From: Scenedesmus sp. PABB004
Taxonomy: Eukaryota
DNA length: 64,000 bases
Direction of reading: 5' to 3'
NCBI GenBank assembly: GCA_014905635.1
Contig: JABVCE010000049.1
Location: 1 to 64,000 of the forward strand
The translations under genes were made by a program, and so were the position numbers. Positions 47,870 to 58,876 of the stretch are shown here, one piece after another; position 1 is the stretch's first letter, and each line of letters starts with the position of its first letter. The notes below the pieces were generated by a model. That model was not told the origin of the DNA and ran no database searches. It saw only the letters and a list, made by a program, of their open reading frames with translations.

Positions 47870-47908
<39 letters not shown>
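47661..47908 (+). mobile_element. L1 3'-end fragment D, inverted, with TGTAA and an A38 tail
   Basis: Reverse complement of about 39670-39880; ends cattgtaac followed by A at 47871-47908. Confidence 0.9.
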
Positions 47909-47910
<2 letters not shown>

Positions 47911-47952
47911 ACGCAGCAGTCCTCCCACCCCCCCGCCGCGACTACCCCGGCG

Positions 47953-50900
47953 GTGCGCCGTTTCCGCTGCCCCGCCGCCCCTGCGGAGCGGAGGTGCGCG
48001 GCTCCAACATGCTGCCCGGGCACGGGCTGCGCCGCCGAGGTCGGCCGCCGGCGGCCGCGCCGCGCCGCGGGCCGCGCGCCGCCCGCGCGCGCGCCGCTCG
48101 CCGGCGCCGCGGCGCAGCGCTGCCGTGCGCCGTTTCCGCTGCCCCGCCGCCCCTGCGGAGCGGAGGTGCGCGGCTCCAACATGCTGCCCGGGCACGGGCT
48201 GCGCCGCCGAGGTCGGCCGCCGGCGGCCGCGCCGCGCCGCGGGCCGCGCGCCGCCCGCGCGCGCGCCGCTCGCCGGCGCCGCGGCGCAGCGCTGCCGTGC
48301 GCCGTTTCCGCTGCCCCGCCGCCCCTGCGGAGCGGAGGTGCGCGGCTCCAACATGCTGCCCGGGCACGGGCTGCGCCGCCGAGGTCGGCCGCCGGCGGCC
48401 GCGCCGCGCCGCGGGCCGCGCGCCCCGCCGCGCGCGCGCCGCTCGCCGGCGCCGCGGCGCAGCGCTGCCGTGCGCCGTTTCCGCTGCCCCGCCGCCCCTG
48501 CGGAGCGGAGGTGCGCGGCTCCAACATGCTGCCCGGGCACGGGCTGCGCCGCCGAGGTCGGCCGCCGGCGGCCGCGCCGCGCCGCGGGCCGCGCGCCGCC
48601 CGCGCGCGCGCCGCTCGCCGGCGCCGCGGCGCAGCGCTGCCGTGCGCCGTTTCCGCTGCCCCGCCGCCCCTGCGGAGCGGAGGTGCGCGGCTCCAACATG
48701 CTGCCCGGGCACGGGCTGCGCCGCCGAGGTCGGCCGCCGGCGGCCGCGCCGCGCCGCGGGCCGCGCGCCGCCCGCGCGCGCGCCGCTCGCCGGCGCCGCG
48801 GCGCAGCGCTGCCGTGCGCCGTTTCCGCTGCCCCGCCGCCCCTGCGGAGCGGAGGTGCGCGGCTCCAACATGCTGCCCGGGCACGGGCTGCGCCGCCGAG
48901 GTCGGCCGCCGGCGGCCGCGCCGCGCCGCGGGCCGCGCGCCGCCCGCGCGCGCGCGCGCTCGCCGGCGCCGCGGCGCAGCGCTGCCGTGCGCCGTTTCCG
49001 CTGCCCCGCCGCCCCTGCGGAGCGGAGGTGCGCGGCTCCAACATGCTGCCCGGGCACGGGCTGCGCCGCCGAGGTCGGCCGCCGGCGGCCGCGCCGCGCC
49101 GCGGGCCGCGCGCCGCCCGCGCGCGCGCCGCTCGCCGGCGCCGCGGCGCAGCGCTGCCGTGCGCCGTTTCCGCTGCCCCGCCGCCCCTGCGGAGCGGAGG
49201 TGCGCGGCTCCAACATGCTGCCCGGGCACGGGCTGCGCCGCCGAGGTCGGCCGCCGGCGGCCGCGCCGCGCCGCGGGCCGCGCGCCGCCCGCCGCGCGCG
49301 CCGCTCGCCGGCGCCGCGGCGCAGCGCTGCCGTGCGCCGTTTCCGCTGCCCCGCCGCCCCTGCGGAGCGGAGGTGCGCGGCTCCAACATGCTGCCCGGGC
49401 ACGGGCTGCGCCGCCGAGGTCGGCCGCCGGCGGCCGCGCCGCGCCGCGGGCCGCGCGCCGCCCGCGCGCGCGCCGCTCGCCGGCGCCGCGGCGCAGCGCT
49501 GCCGTGCGCCGTTTCCGCTGCCCCGCCGCCCCTGCGGAGCGGAGGTGCGCGGCTCCAACATGCTGCCCGGGCACGGGCTGCGCCGCCGAGGTCGGCCGCC
49601 GGCGGCCGCGCCGCGCCGCGGGCCGCGCGCCGCCCGCGCGCGCGCCGCTCGCCGGCGCCGCGGCGCAGCGCTGCCGTGCGCCGTTTCCGCTGCCCCGCCG
49701 CCCCTGCGGAGCGGAGGTGCGCGGCTCCAACATGCTGCCCGGGCACGGGCTGCGCCGCCGAGGTCGGCCGCCGGCGGCCGCGCCGCGCCGCGGGCCGCGC
49801 GCCGCCCGCGCGCGCGCCGCTCGCCGGCGCCGCGGCGCAGCGCTGCCGTGCGCCGTTTCCGCTGCCCCGCCGCCCCTGCGGAGCGGAGGTGCGCGGCTCC
49901 AACATGCTGCCCGGGCACGGGCTGCGCCGCCGAGGTCGGCCGCCGGCGGCCGCGCCGCGCCGCGGGCCGCGCGCCGCCCGCGCGCGCGCCGCTCGCCGGC
50001 GCCGCGGCGCAGCGCTGCCGTGCGCCGTTTCCGCTGCCCCGCCGCCCCTGCGGAGCGGAGGTGCGCGGCTCCAACATGCTGCCCGGGCACGGGCTGCGCC
50101 GCCGAGGTCGGCCGCCGGCGGCCGCGCCGCGCCGCGGGCCGCGCGCCGCCCGCGCGCGCGCGCGCTCGCCGGCGCCGCGGCGCAGCGCTGCCGTGCGCCG
50201 TTTCCGCTGCCCCGCCGCCCCTGCGGAGCGGAGGTGCGCGGCTCCAACATGCTGCCCGGGCACGGGCTGCGCCGCCGAGGTCGGCCGCCGGCGGCCGCGC
50301 CGCGCCGCGGGCCGCGCGCCGCCCGCGCGCGCGCCGCTCGCCGGCGCCGCGGCGCAGCGCTGCCGTGCGCCGTTTCCGCTGCCCCGCCGCGCCTGCGGAG
50401 CGGAGGTGCGCGGCTCCAACATGCTGCCCGGGCACGGGCTGCGCCGCCGAGGTCGGCCGCCGGCGGCCGCGCCGCGCCGCGGGCCGCGCGCCGCCCGCGC
50501 GCGCGCGCGCGCCGGCGCCGCGGCGCAGCGCTGCCGTGCGCCGTTTCCGCTGCCCCGCCGCGCCTGCGGAGCGGAGGTGCGCGGCTCCAACATGCTGCCC
50601 GGGCACGGGCTGCGCCGCCGAGGTCGGCCGCCGGCGGCCGCGCCGCGCCGCGGGCCGCGCGCCGCCCGCGCGCGCGCCGCTCGCCGGCGCCGCGGCGCAG
50701 CGCTGCCGTGCGCCGTTTCCGCTGCCCCGCCGCGCCTGCGGAGCGGAGGTGCGCGGCTCCAACATGCTGCCCGGGCACGGGCTGCGCCGCCGAGGTCGGC
50801 CGCCGGCGGCCGCGCCGCGCCGCGGGCCGCGCGCCGCCCGCGCGCGCGCCGCTCGCCGGCGCCGCGGCGCAGCGCTGCCGTGCGCCGTTTCCGCTGCCCC

Positions 50901-52155
50901 GCCGCCCCTGCGGAGCGGAGGTGCGCGGCTCCAACATGCTGCCCGGGCACGGGCTGCGCCGCCGAGGTCGGCCGCCGGCGGCCGCGCCGCGCCGCGGGCC
51001 GCGCGCCGCCCGCGCGCGCGCCGCTCGCCGGCGCCGCGGCGCAGCGCTGCCGTGCGCCGTTTCCGCTGCCCCGCCGCGCCTGCGGAGCGGAGGTGCGCGG
51101 CTCCAACATGCTGCCCGGGCACGGGCTGCGCCGCCGAGGTCGGCCGCCGGCGGCCGCGCCGCGCCGCGGGCCGCGCGCCGCCCGCGCGCGCGCCGCTCGC
51201 CGGCGCCGCGGCGCAGCGCTGCCGTGCGCCGTTTCCGCTGCCCCGCCGCCCCTGCGGAGCGGAGGTGCGCGGCTCCAACATGCTGCCCGGGCACGGGCTG
51301 CGCCGCCGAGGTCGGCCGCCGGCGGCCGCGCCGCGCCGCGGGCCGCGCGCCGCCCGCGCGCGCGCCGCTCGCCGGCGCCGCGGCGCAGCGCTGCCGTGCG
51401 CCGTTTCCGCTGCCCCGCCGCCCCTGCGGAGCGGAGGTGCGCGGCTCCAACATGCTGCCCGGGCACGGGCTGCGCCGCCGAGGTCGGCCGCCGGCGGCCG
51501 CGCCGCGCCGCGGGCCGCGCGCCGCCCGCGCGCGCGCCGCTCGCCGGCGCCGCGGCGCAGCGCTGCCGTGCGCCGTTTCCGCTGCCCCGCCGCCCCTGCG
51601 GAGCGGAGGTGCGCGGCTCCAACATGCTGCCCGGGCACGGGCTGCGCCGCCGAGGTCGGCCGCCGGCGGCCGCGCCGCGCCGCGGGCCGCGCGCCGCCCG
51701 CGCGCGCGCGCTCGCCGGCGCCGCGGCGCAGCGCTGCCGTGCGCCGTTTCCGCTGCCCCGCCGCCCCTGCGGAGCGGAGGTGCGCGGCTCCAACATGCTG
51801 CCCGGGCACGGGCTGCGCCGCCGAGGTCGGCCGCCGGCGGCCGCGCCGCGCCGCGGGCCGCGCGCCGCCCGCGCGCGCGCCGCTCGCCGGCGCCGCGGCG
51901 CAGCGCTGCCGTGCGCCGTTTCCGCTGCCCCGCCGCGCCTGCGGAGCGGAGGTGCGCGGCTCCAACATGCTGCCCGGGCACGGGCTGCGCCGCCGAGGTC
52001 GGCCGCCGGCGGCCGCGCCGCGCCGCGGGCCGCGCGCCGCCCGCGCGCGCGCCGCTCGCCGGCGCCGCGGCGCAGCGCTGCCGTGCGCCGTTTCCGCTGC
52101 CCCGCCGCCCCTGCGGAGCGGAGGTGCGCGGCTCCAACATGCTGCCCGGGCACGG
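47953..52155. repeat. 172-bp GC-rich tandem satellite, about 24.4 copies
   Basis: gtgcgccgtttccgctgcccc recurs at 47953, 48125, 48297, 48470, 48642 ... 52083; monomers are nearly identical; the last one is cut by an LTR. Confidence 0.98.
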
Positions 52156-52509
52156 TGATGAGAGTGCGTGTTTTCGGCCGCACACTCACCCCATTGCGTG
52201 CATGGAGCCTAAAGGAAGCTACTCGGAACATTGGGCCTTAGTTGGGCTCTTGTGGAAGGTGCTAACCGCGGTGGAAGCTGCTTACGGCGCAGCTACCGGC
52301 AGCCGCCGAGAAGCTGCGATTACCGATACCGTTTCGGCTATATAGCTCCGTGCGCCCGCCCCGTTTGCCTAAGGAGTCTCTTCACCACGCACATGTAACC
52401 TTTGCTCCTTCACTCGTGTCTCCGTGCTCTCTCGTTGGCCAACCGCCGCTCTCCGCCGTTGTCGACTCGCTCCTCTAGCCGGCAACAACCGCGCCTACTC
52501 CGACCAAGA
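52156..52509 (+). repeat. LTR 1, Copia family 2
   Basis: Starts TGATGAGAG; TATATA at about 52339; TGTAA at about 52394; ends ...ACCAAGA before the PBS. Confidence 0.9.
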
Positions 52510-53419
52510 GGTCATGAGCCCATCCCCGGTGCTCTAAAGGCATCGCGGAGGCTTCGCGCGCATCGCTTTGGCAACTCGACAACTCCGCGGAGCTCCGGAG
52601 GCCTCCGTCAAGCGGCCCAAAAAGAAGGCCCCAGATTCGATCCTGCGACCTCCACCGTCCTATTCGAGAGCCCTATTGTCTACTTGGCGCTTGGCAGAGG
52701 CCATCGCCCCTTGTCCGCGACTTTTCTTACTTGAGTCGCCCTTGTCAAACGCAGTAAATCGCGCCGCGCTTGCTCGCGCGTGCTCGTTTGCGCTCCGTCG
52801 CGCTCCGTCGCGCTTCCCGCGCCGCGCTCGATCTACTCGGCGCCGCGCGCTCGACGTCGGCCCTTCTCGCGCCGACTTTGCCTCTTCTCGCGCTCAAGGG
52901 CCTCGGCCCTTCGCCCGTCCGCCCGCCCGCGCCGCTCACAGGTGTACGTACGACCCGGCCGTGCGCATCGGTCATCAAGGCGGGCGTCCGTGCACCTTGG
53001 GCGTGCGTGTCTACACGGCGGCGTGACGTTGGAGGACATCCATCGACCCGCGCCCCTACGACCCTCGGCGCCCTCGACCCTCGCGCCCTTACGACCCTCG
53101 GCGCCCTCGACCAACTCGTAACGCGCGCCGCGCTCGCGCCCGGCCGCTCTTGCACCCGCGCGTGCGCCTCGGCTACGCTCGCACGCTACGCTAGCGCGCG
53201 CCTCGTGACTCCAAACCCGAGCTAACTTCAAAGGGGCCTTGCCCCCTTCGCCGTCCGCCCGCGCCCGCGCCGTACGTAGGTGTGCGTACGTCTCGGCCGC
53301 GTGCATCGGACATCTAGGCGGGGCGTCCGTACACCTCGTACGTGCGCGCGTCTACGGCGCGGCGTGACGTGGGAGACATCCGCCAACAACTCCATCGGCC
53401 CGCCAACGCGGCTACCGTC

Positions 53420-56400
53420 ATGATGGACTTTGAAAAGTTTGGCGTTGAGCGATTCACCGGCTCCAACTACGTCACGTGGAGCACCAAGATTACCTTCTAC
53501 CTCAAGCTCAAGGGCTTCTGTGGCGCGCTCATCGACGCGCCGCCGCCCGGCAACGACGCCGACGCCGCGCCCGCGCGCGACGCCGCGCGGGACGACAAGG
53601 CCCTCGCCGCCATCGTCCTCTCCGTCGACAACAAGATCTTGCCACTCATCCAAACGTGCACCACCGCCAAGGAGGCGTGGGACAAGCTCGCCAACATGTA
53701 CCACACCCAAAACACGGCAAGCATCGTGCGCTTCAAGCGCGAGTTGAGCACGCTCGCCAAGGGCAACACCGAGACCATCACGGCCTTTGCCGGCCGCGCG
53801 TACGCGCTCAAGGACAACCTCATCTCCGCCGGCGCCACGGTGGACGACATGGACATCTCGCTCGCCATGCTCGACAAGCTCCCGAGCGCCTACGAGGTCA
53901 CCAAGAAGATCATCATGAGCAAGAAGCCCTTCCCCACGCTCGAGGAGGTCATCTCCGAGCTCTTGACCGTGGAGGCGCAAACCCCGGCCAACACCGAGAA
54001 GGCCTACTTTGCGGCCGCGCCGCGGCCCAAGTTCAAGCCGCTCAACAAGACGTTCAACCCGCGCTTCAACAAGCCCTTCAACCCGCGCGCGCCCATGCTC
54101 GGCGCGTCGCGCTTCGTCAACCCGCCGCGCCCGTTCAACGGCGGCGGCTCGCCCGGCGGCAACCGGCCGCGCTTTGGCGCGTCCAAGGACGCCAAAGACG
54201 TGTGCTACTATTGCAAGAAGCCCGGCCACTTCATCGGTGAGTGCCGCGAGCGGGCCGCGGTCGAGGCGCGCAAGGGCACGCCCGACACCGAGCGGCGCAA
54301 GGTGGCGTGGACCGCCACCACGCTCGCGCCCGACTACGACAACCCGGACTACGCGTGCACGTGGTTCATCGACTCGGGGGCCGAGCGCCACATCACCAAC
54401 GACGCCGGCGACCTCAACAACCCCAAGCCGTGCTCGACCAAGGTCATCGTGGGCACCGGCGAGGTGGTCGCCGCCGAGCTCGAGGGCGACGCCATCTTGC
54501 ACGAGTCCAACGTCATCTCGCGGCGCATCGTGCTCCGCCGCGTGCTCTACATCCCCGGCTTTGCGGCCAAGCTCGTCTCCATCAAGATGGCCAAGCTCGC
54601 CGGCGCCACGTTCATCATGGAGGGCAACAAGTGCGCCGTGCGCATGGGCGGCGAGACGATCGTCACCGCCATCGACGCGCCCAACGGCATCCCGTGCATC
54701 GTGAGCAACACGCTCCGCGGCTCCCCGAGCCCGGCGCTCATTGCCAAAGAGGCGCCCGAGGTGTGGCACGCGCGCTTTGGCCACCTCGGCTACGCCAACC
54801 TCGAGCGCGCCGCCAAGCACGGCATGGTGACCGGCATGGACCTCACGATCACCGACTTCAAGGCGCTCCCCATGTGCGAGCCGTGCGTGATGGGCAAGAC
54901 GACGCGCCTCACCTTCGGTGAGTCCGCGACGGTGTACGACACGCCGCTCGCGCTCGTGAGCATGGACGTGTGCGGCCCCATGACCGAGCTCTCTTACGGC
55001 GGCGCCAAGTACGCCGCGACCTTCATCGACCACGCGACGGGCTACTCCATCGTGCGCACGCTCAAGAGCAAGGCCGACGTCACGCCGGCCGTCAAGGAGG
55101 TGCTCACCTACATGGAGAAGCAAACCGACGCCCACGTCAAGGCCGTCCGCACCGACAACGGCTCCGAGTACGTCAACGCCGACCTCTCCGGCTTCTTCAA
55201 GGACAAGGGCATCGCGCACCAAAAGACCATGCCCTACACGCCCGAGCAAAACGGCACCGCCGAGCGGCTCAACCGCACGCTCCTCAACAAGGTGCTCCCC
55301 ATGATCTACGCCGCCGAGCTCCCGCCCGCGGCGTGGGGTGAGGCGATCATGACGGCCAACCACCTCCGCAACCTCTCTCCCGTGAGCGGCAAGCCCAAGA
55401 CGCCGTTCGAGGCCTTCTTCGGCCGCAAGCCCGACGTGTCAACGCTCCGCGTCTTCGGCGCCACGGCCTACGCCCACGTGCCCAAGGAGAAGAGGACCAA
55501 GCTCGAGCCGCACGCCGAGAAGGGCATCATGGTGGGCTACCCGGCCTTTGGCAAGGGCTACCGCATCCTCATGCCCGACGGCAACATCAAGTCGAGCCGC
55601 AACGTCGTCTTCGACGAGAGCAAGGTGCTCTCCAAGAGCTTTGCCAACTACAAGTCCCCGACGCTCATCGACCCCGACATCACCCGCTACGCCGCCGAGA
55701 AGTTCCCGGCGGACGACGCCTTTGAGGACGAGCCCGACTCCGGCGCGCACGACGGCGCGCCGCCGAGCGGCTCCCCGCCGGGCACCCCGGGCGGCTCCCC
55801 GCCCGCGAGCCCGGGCGGCTCGCCGCCGCCCGCGCCGAGCCCGGCGCCCGAGAGCAACGACAACATGCCGGCGCCGACCGCCGGCGGCACCGACTCCACC
55901 ACCGGCGGCACCATCACGCGCTCGGGGCGCGTGTCGCGCAAGCCCGGTGAGTGGTGGAACGCCGCCGCCGCCGCGCACTACGCGGGGCAGATCTTGCCCG
56001 ACCCGGCCACGCGCACCGAGGCGCTCGGCCGGCTCGACGCGTCCAAGTGGGACGGCGCCATGAACGAGGAGATCGCCGCCCACGTGGCCAACAACACGTG
56101 GGAGCTCGACGTGCCGCCCGCCGGCGTCAAGATCATCCCGACCAAGTGGGTCCTCACGACCAAGACCGACCTCGCCGGCAACATCGAGCGCTACAAGGGC
56201 CGCATCGTCGCCAAGGGCTTCCACCAGATCGAGGGCATCGACTACGACGAGGTCTTCGCCCCCGTCGGCAAGTACGCCACGCTGCGCACAGTGCTCGCGC
56301 TCGCCGCTGCGCACGACTACGAGATCATCCAAATCGACATTAAGAACGCCTTCCTCCAAGGCAACCTCGAGGAGGAGGTGTGGATCAGCCAGCCCGAGGG

Positions 56401-57526
56401 CTACGACGACGGCTCCGGCCGCGCGTGCCGCCTGATCAAGGCGCTCTACGGCCTCAAGCAGGCCCCGCGCGCGTGGCACTCGCGCCTGCACGAGGAGCTC
56501 ACCAAGATGGGCTTCGCGCCGTCCAAGGCCGACGCATCGCTCTACGTCGGCACCTCCGGCGCGTACATCCTCATCTACGTCGACGACATCCTCATCATTG
56601 CGCGCAACCGCGCGCTCGCCGAGTCGGTCAAGGTGGAGCTCTTTGCCGCCTTCAAGACCCGCGACCTCGGCGAGGTGAGCCAGTACCTCGGCATGCACAT
56701 CACGCGCGACCGCATCAACAAGACCATCAAGATCACCAACGAGAAGATGGTGACCGAGCTCGTCTCCAAGTACGGGCTCGCCGACTGCGCGCCTCGCGAC
56801 ATCCCCGTGAGCCTCGGCACCAAGCTCACCAAGGACAATGGCGACCCGCTCGACACCGTGGCCTACCCCTACACGTCGCTCGTGGGAGCGCTCCTCTACC
56901 TCTCCATCACGGTGCGCCCCGACATCGCCTTTGCGGTGAGCGCGTTGACGCGCTTCATGTCCTGCCCCACGACCGTGCACTAGGGCGTGGCCAAGGGCGT
57001 GCTCCGCTACCTGGCCGGCACCACCAACATCGGCATCATCTACGGCGGCATCAAGGGCAGCCTGGACCTCAACGGCATGTGTGACTCGGACTACGCGGCC
57101 GACCTCGACACGCGCCGCTCGACCACCGGCTACGTCTTCACCCTCAACGGCGGCGCGATCACCTGGTCCAGCAAGAAGCAGCAGACCGTCGCGGCCTCCA
57201 CCACCGAGGCCGAGTACATGGCCGCCTCCGCTGCGGTCAAGGAGGCGCTCTGGCTGCGCAAGCTCATGAGCGACCTCAAGTTCAACATCGGCGCCATCGA
57301 CATCCTCTCCGACAACCAGGGTGCGATCAAGCTGCTGCGCAACCCCGTGTCCTCGCAGCGCTCGAAGCACATTGACGTCGCGCACCACTTTGCGCGCGAG
57401 CGCGTGGCCCGCGGCGAGGTCACGTTCCACTACGTGCCCACGGCCGACAACATCGCCGACGCGCTCACCAAGCCGCTGGCGCTGTCCAAGTTTGTGGCGT
57501 GCCGCACCGGCATGGGCATGGTGTGA
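53420..57526 (+). CDS. Copia gag-pol, unit 1, with in-frame TAG at 56981-56983
   Basis: FTGSNYVTWS, CYYCKKPGHFIGEC, WFIDSGAERH, VWHARFGH, RTDNGSEY, IDIKNAFLQG, YVDDIL; RNase H continues in the same frame after the TAG (CDSDYAAD...ADALTKPL). Confidence 0.92.
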
Positions 57527-57546
57527 GTGTTGCGTCCGCGTGGGAG

Positions 57547-57900
57547 TGATGAGAGTGCGTGTTTTCGGCCGCACACTCACCCCATTGCGTGCATGGAGCC
57601 TAAAGGAAGCTACTCGGAACATTGGGCCTTAGTTGGGCTCTTGTGGAAGGTGCTAACCGCGGTGGAAGCTGCTTACGGCGCAGCTACCGGCAGCCGCCGA
57701 GAAGCTGCGATTACCGATACCGTTTCGGCTATATAGCTCCGTGCGCCCGCCCCGTTTGCCTAAGGAGTCTCTTCACCACGCACATGTAACCTTTGCTCCT
57801 TCACTCGTGTCTCCGTGCTCTCTCGTTGGCCAACCGCCGCTCTCCGCCGTTGTCGACTCGCTCCTCTAGCCGGCAACAACCGCGCCTACTCCGACCAAGA
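57547..57900 (+). repeat. LTR 2 (shared by units 1 and 2)
   Basis: Preceded by PPT and followed by PBS; same sequence as LTR 1 by eye. Confidence 0.92.
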
Positions 57901-58434
57901 GGTCATGAGCCCATCCCCGGTGCTCTAAAGGCATCGCGGAGGCTTCGCGCGCATCGCTTTGGCAACTCGACAACTCCGCGGAGCTCCGGAGGCCTCCGTC
58001 AAGCGGCCCAAAAAGAAGGCCCCAGATTCGATCCTGCGACCTCCACCGTCCTATTCGAGAGCCCTATTGTCTACTTGGCGCTTGGCAGAGGCCATCGCCC
58101 CTTGTCCGCGACTTTTCTTACTTGAGTCGCCCTTGTCAAACGCAGTAAATCGCGCCGCGCTTGCTCGCGCGTGCTCGTTTGCGCTCCGTCGCGCTCCGTC
58201 GCGCTTCCCGCGCCGCGCTCGATCTACTCGGCGCCGCGCGCTCGACGTCGGCCCTTCTCGCGCCGACTTTGCCTCTTCTCACGCTCAAGGGCCTCGGCCC
58301 TTCGCCCGTCCGCCCGCCCGCGCCGCTCACAGGTGTACGTACGACCCGGCCGTGCGCATCGGTCATCAAGGCGGGCGTCCGTGCACCTTGGGCGTGCGTG
58401 TCTACACGGCGGCGTGACGTTGGAGGACATCCCT

Positions 58435-58570
58435 CGACCCGCGCCCCTACGACCCTCGGCGCCCTCGACCCTCGCGCCCCTACGACTCTCGGCGCCCTCG
58501 ACCCTCGCGCCCCTACGACTCTCGGCGCCCTCGACCCTCGCGCCCCTACGACCCTCGGCGCCCTCGACCA
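58435..58570 (+). repeat. 33-bp VNTR in the Copia-2 leader
   Basis: ctacgaccctcggcgccctcgaccctcgcgccc: about 4 copies here, about 2 at 53045-53110, and at least 2.5 from 63915 to the window end. Confidence 0.9.
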
Positions 58571-58876
58571 ACTCGTAACGCGCGCCGCGCTCGCGCCCGG
58601 CCGCTCTTGCGCCCGCGCGTGCGCCTCGGCTACGCTCGCACGCTACGCTAGCGCGCGCCTCGTGTCTCCAAACCCGAGCTAACTTCAAAGGGGCCTTGCC
58701 CCCTTCGCCGTCCGCCCGCGCCCGCGCCGTACGTAGGTGTGCGTACGTCTCGGCCGCGTGCATCGGACATCTAGGCGGGGCGTCCGTACACCTCGTACGT
58801 GCGCGCGTCTACGGCGCGGCGTGACGTGGGAGACATCCGCCAACAACTCCATCGGCCCGCCAACGCGGCTACCGTC

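Noticed and set aside
48940..51715. Higher-order repeat suggested by (CG)n-tract variants in monomers 6, 13, 15 and 22
   Set aside because: The variants lie in an error-prone dinucleotide tract and do not co-segregate with the C>G variant.
47953..52155. CRISPR-like array
   Set aside because: Contiguous monomers with no unique spacers, no cas genes, eukaryotic context.
52156..52200. Hammerhead ribozyme core suggested by TGATGAG at the LTR start
   Set aside because: No preceding C (CUGAUGA) and no correctly placed GAAA; it is simply the LTR terminus.
47598..52345. Six ORFs of about 1400-1500 aa on both strands
   Set aside because: Artefact of a stop-free 172-bp GC-rich satellite; the translations cycle through the same three frames.
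56981..56983. Nuclear genetic-code reassignment of TAG
   Set aside because: TAG acts as the terminal stop of mitoferrin, Copia-1 pol and LINE ORF2, and I saw no internal TAG in conserved host exons.
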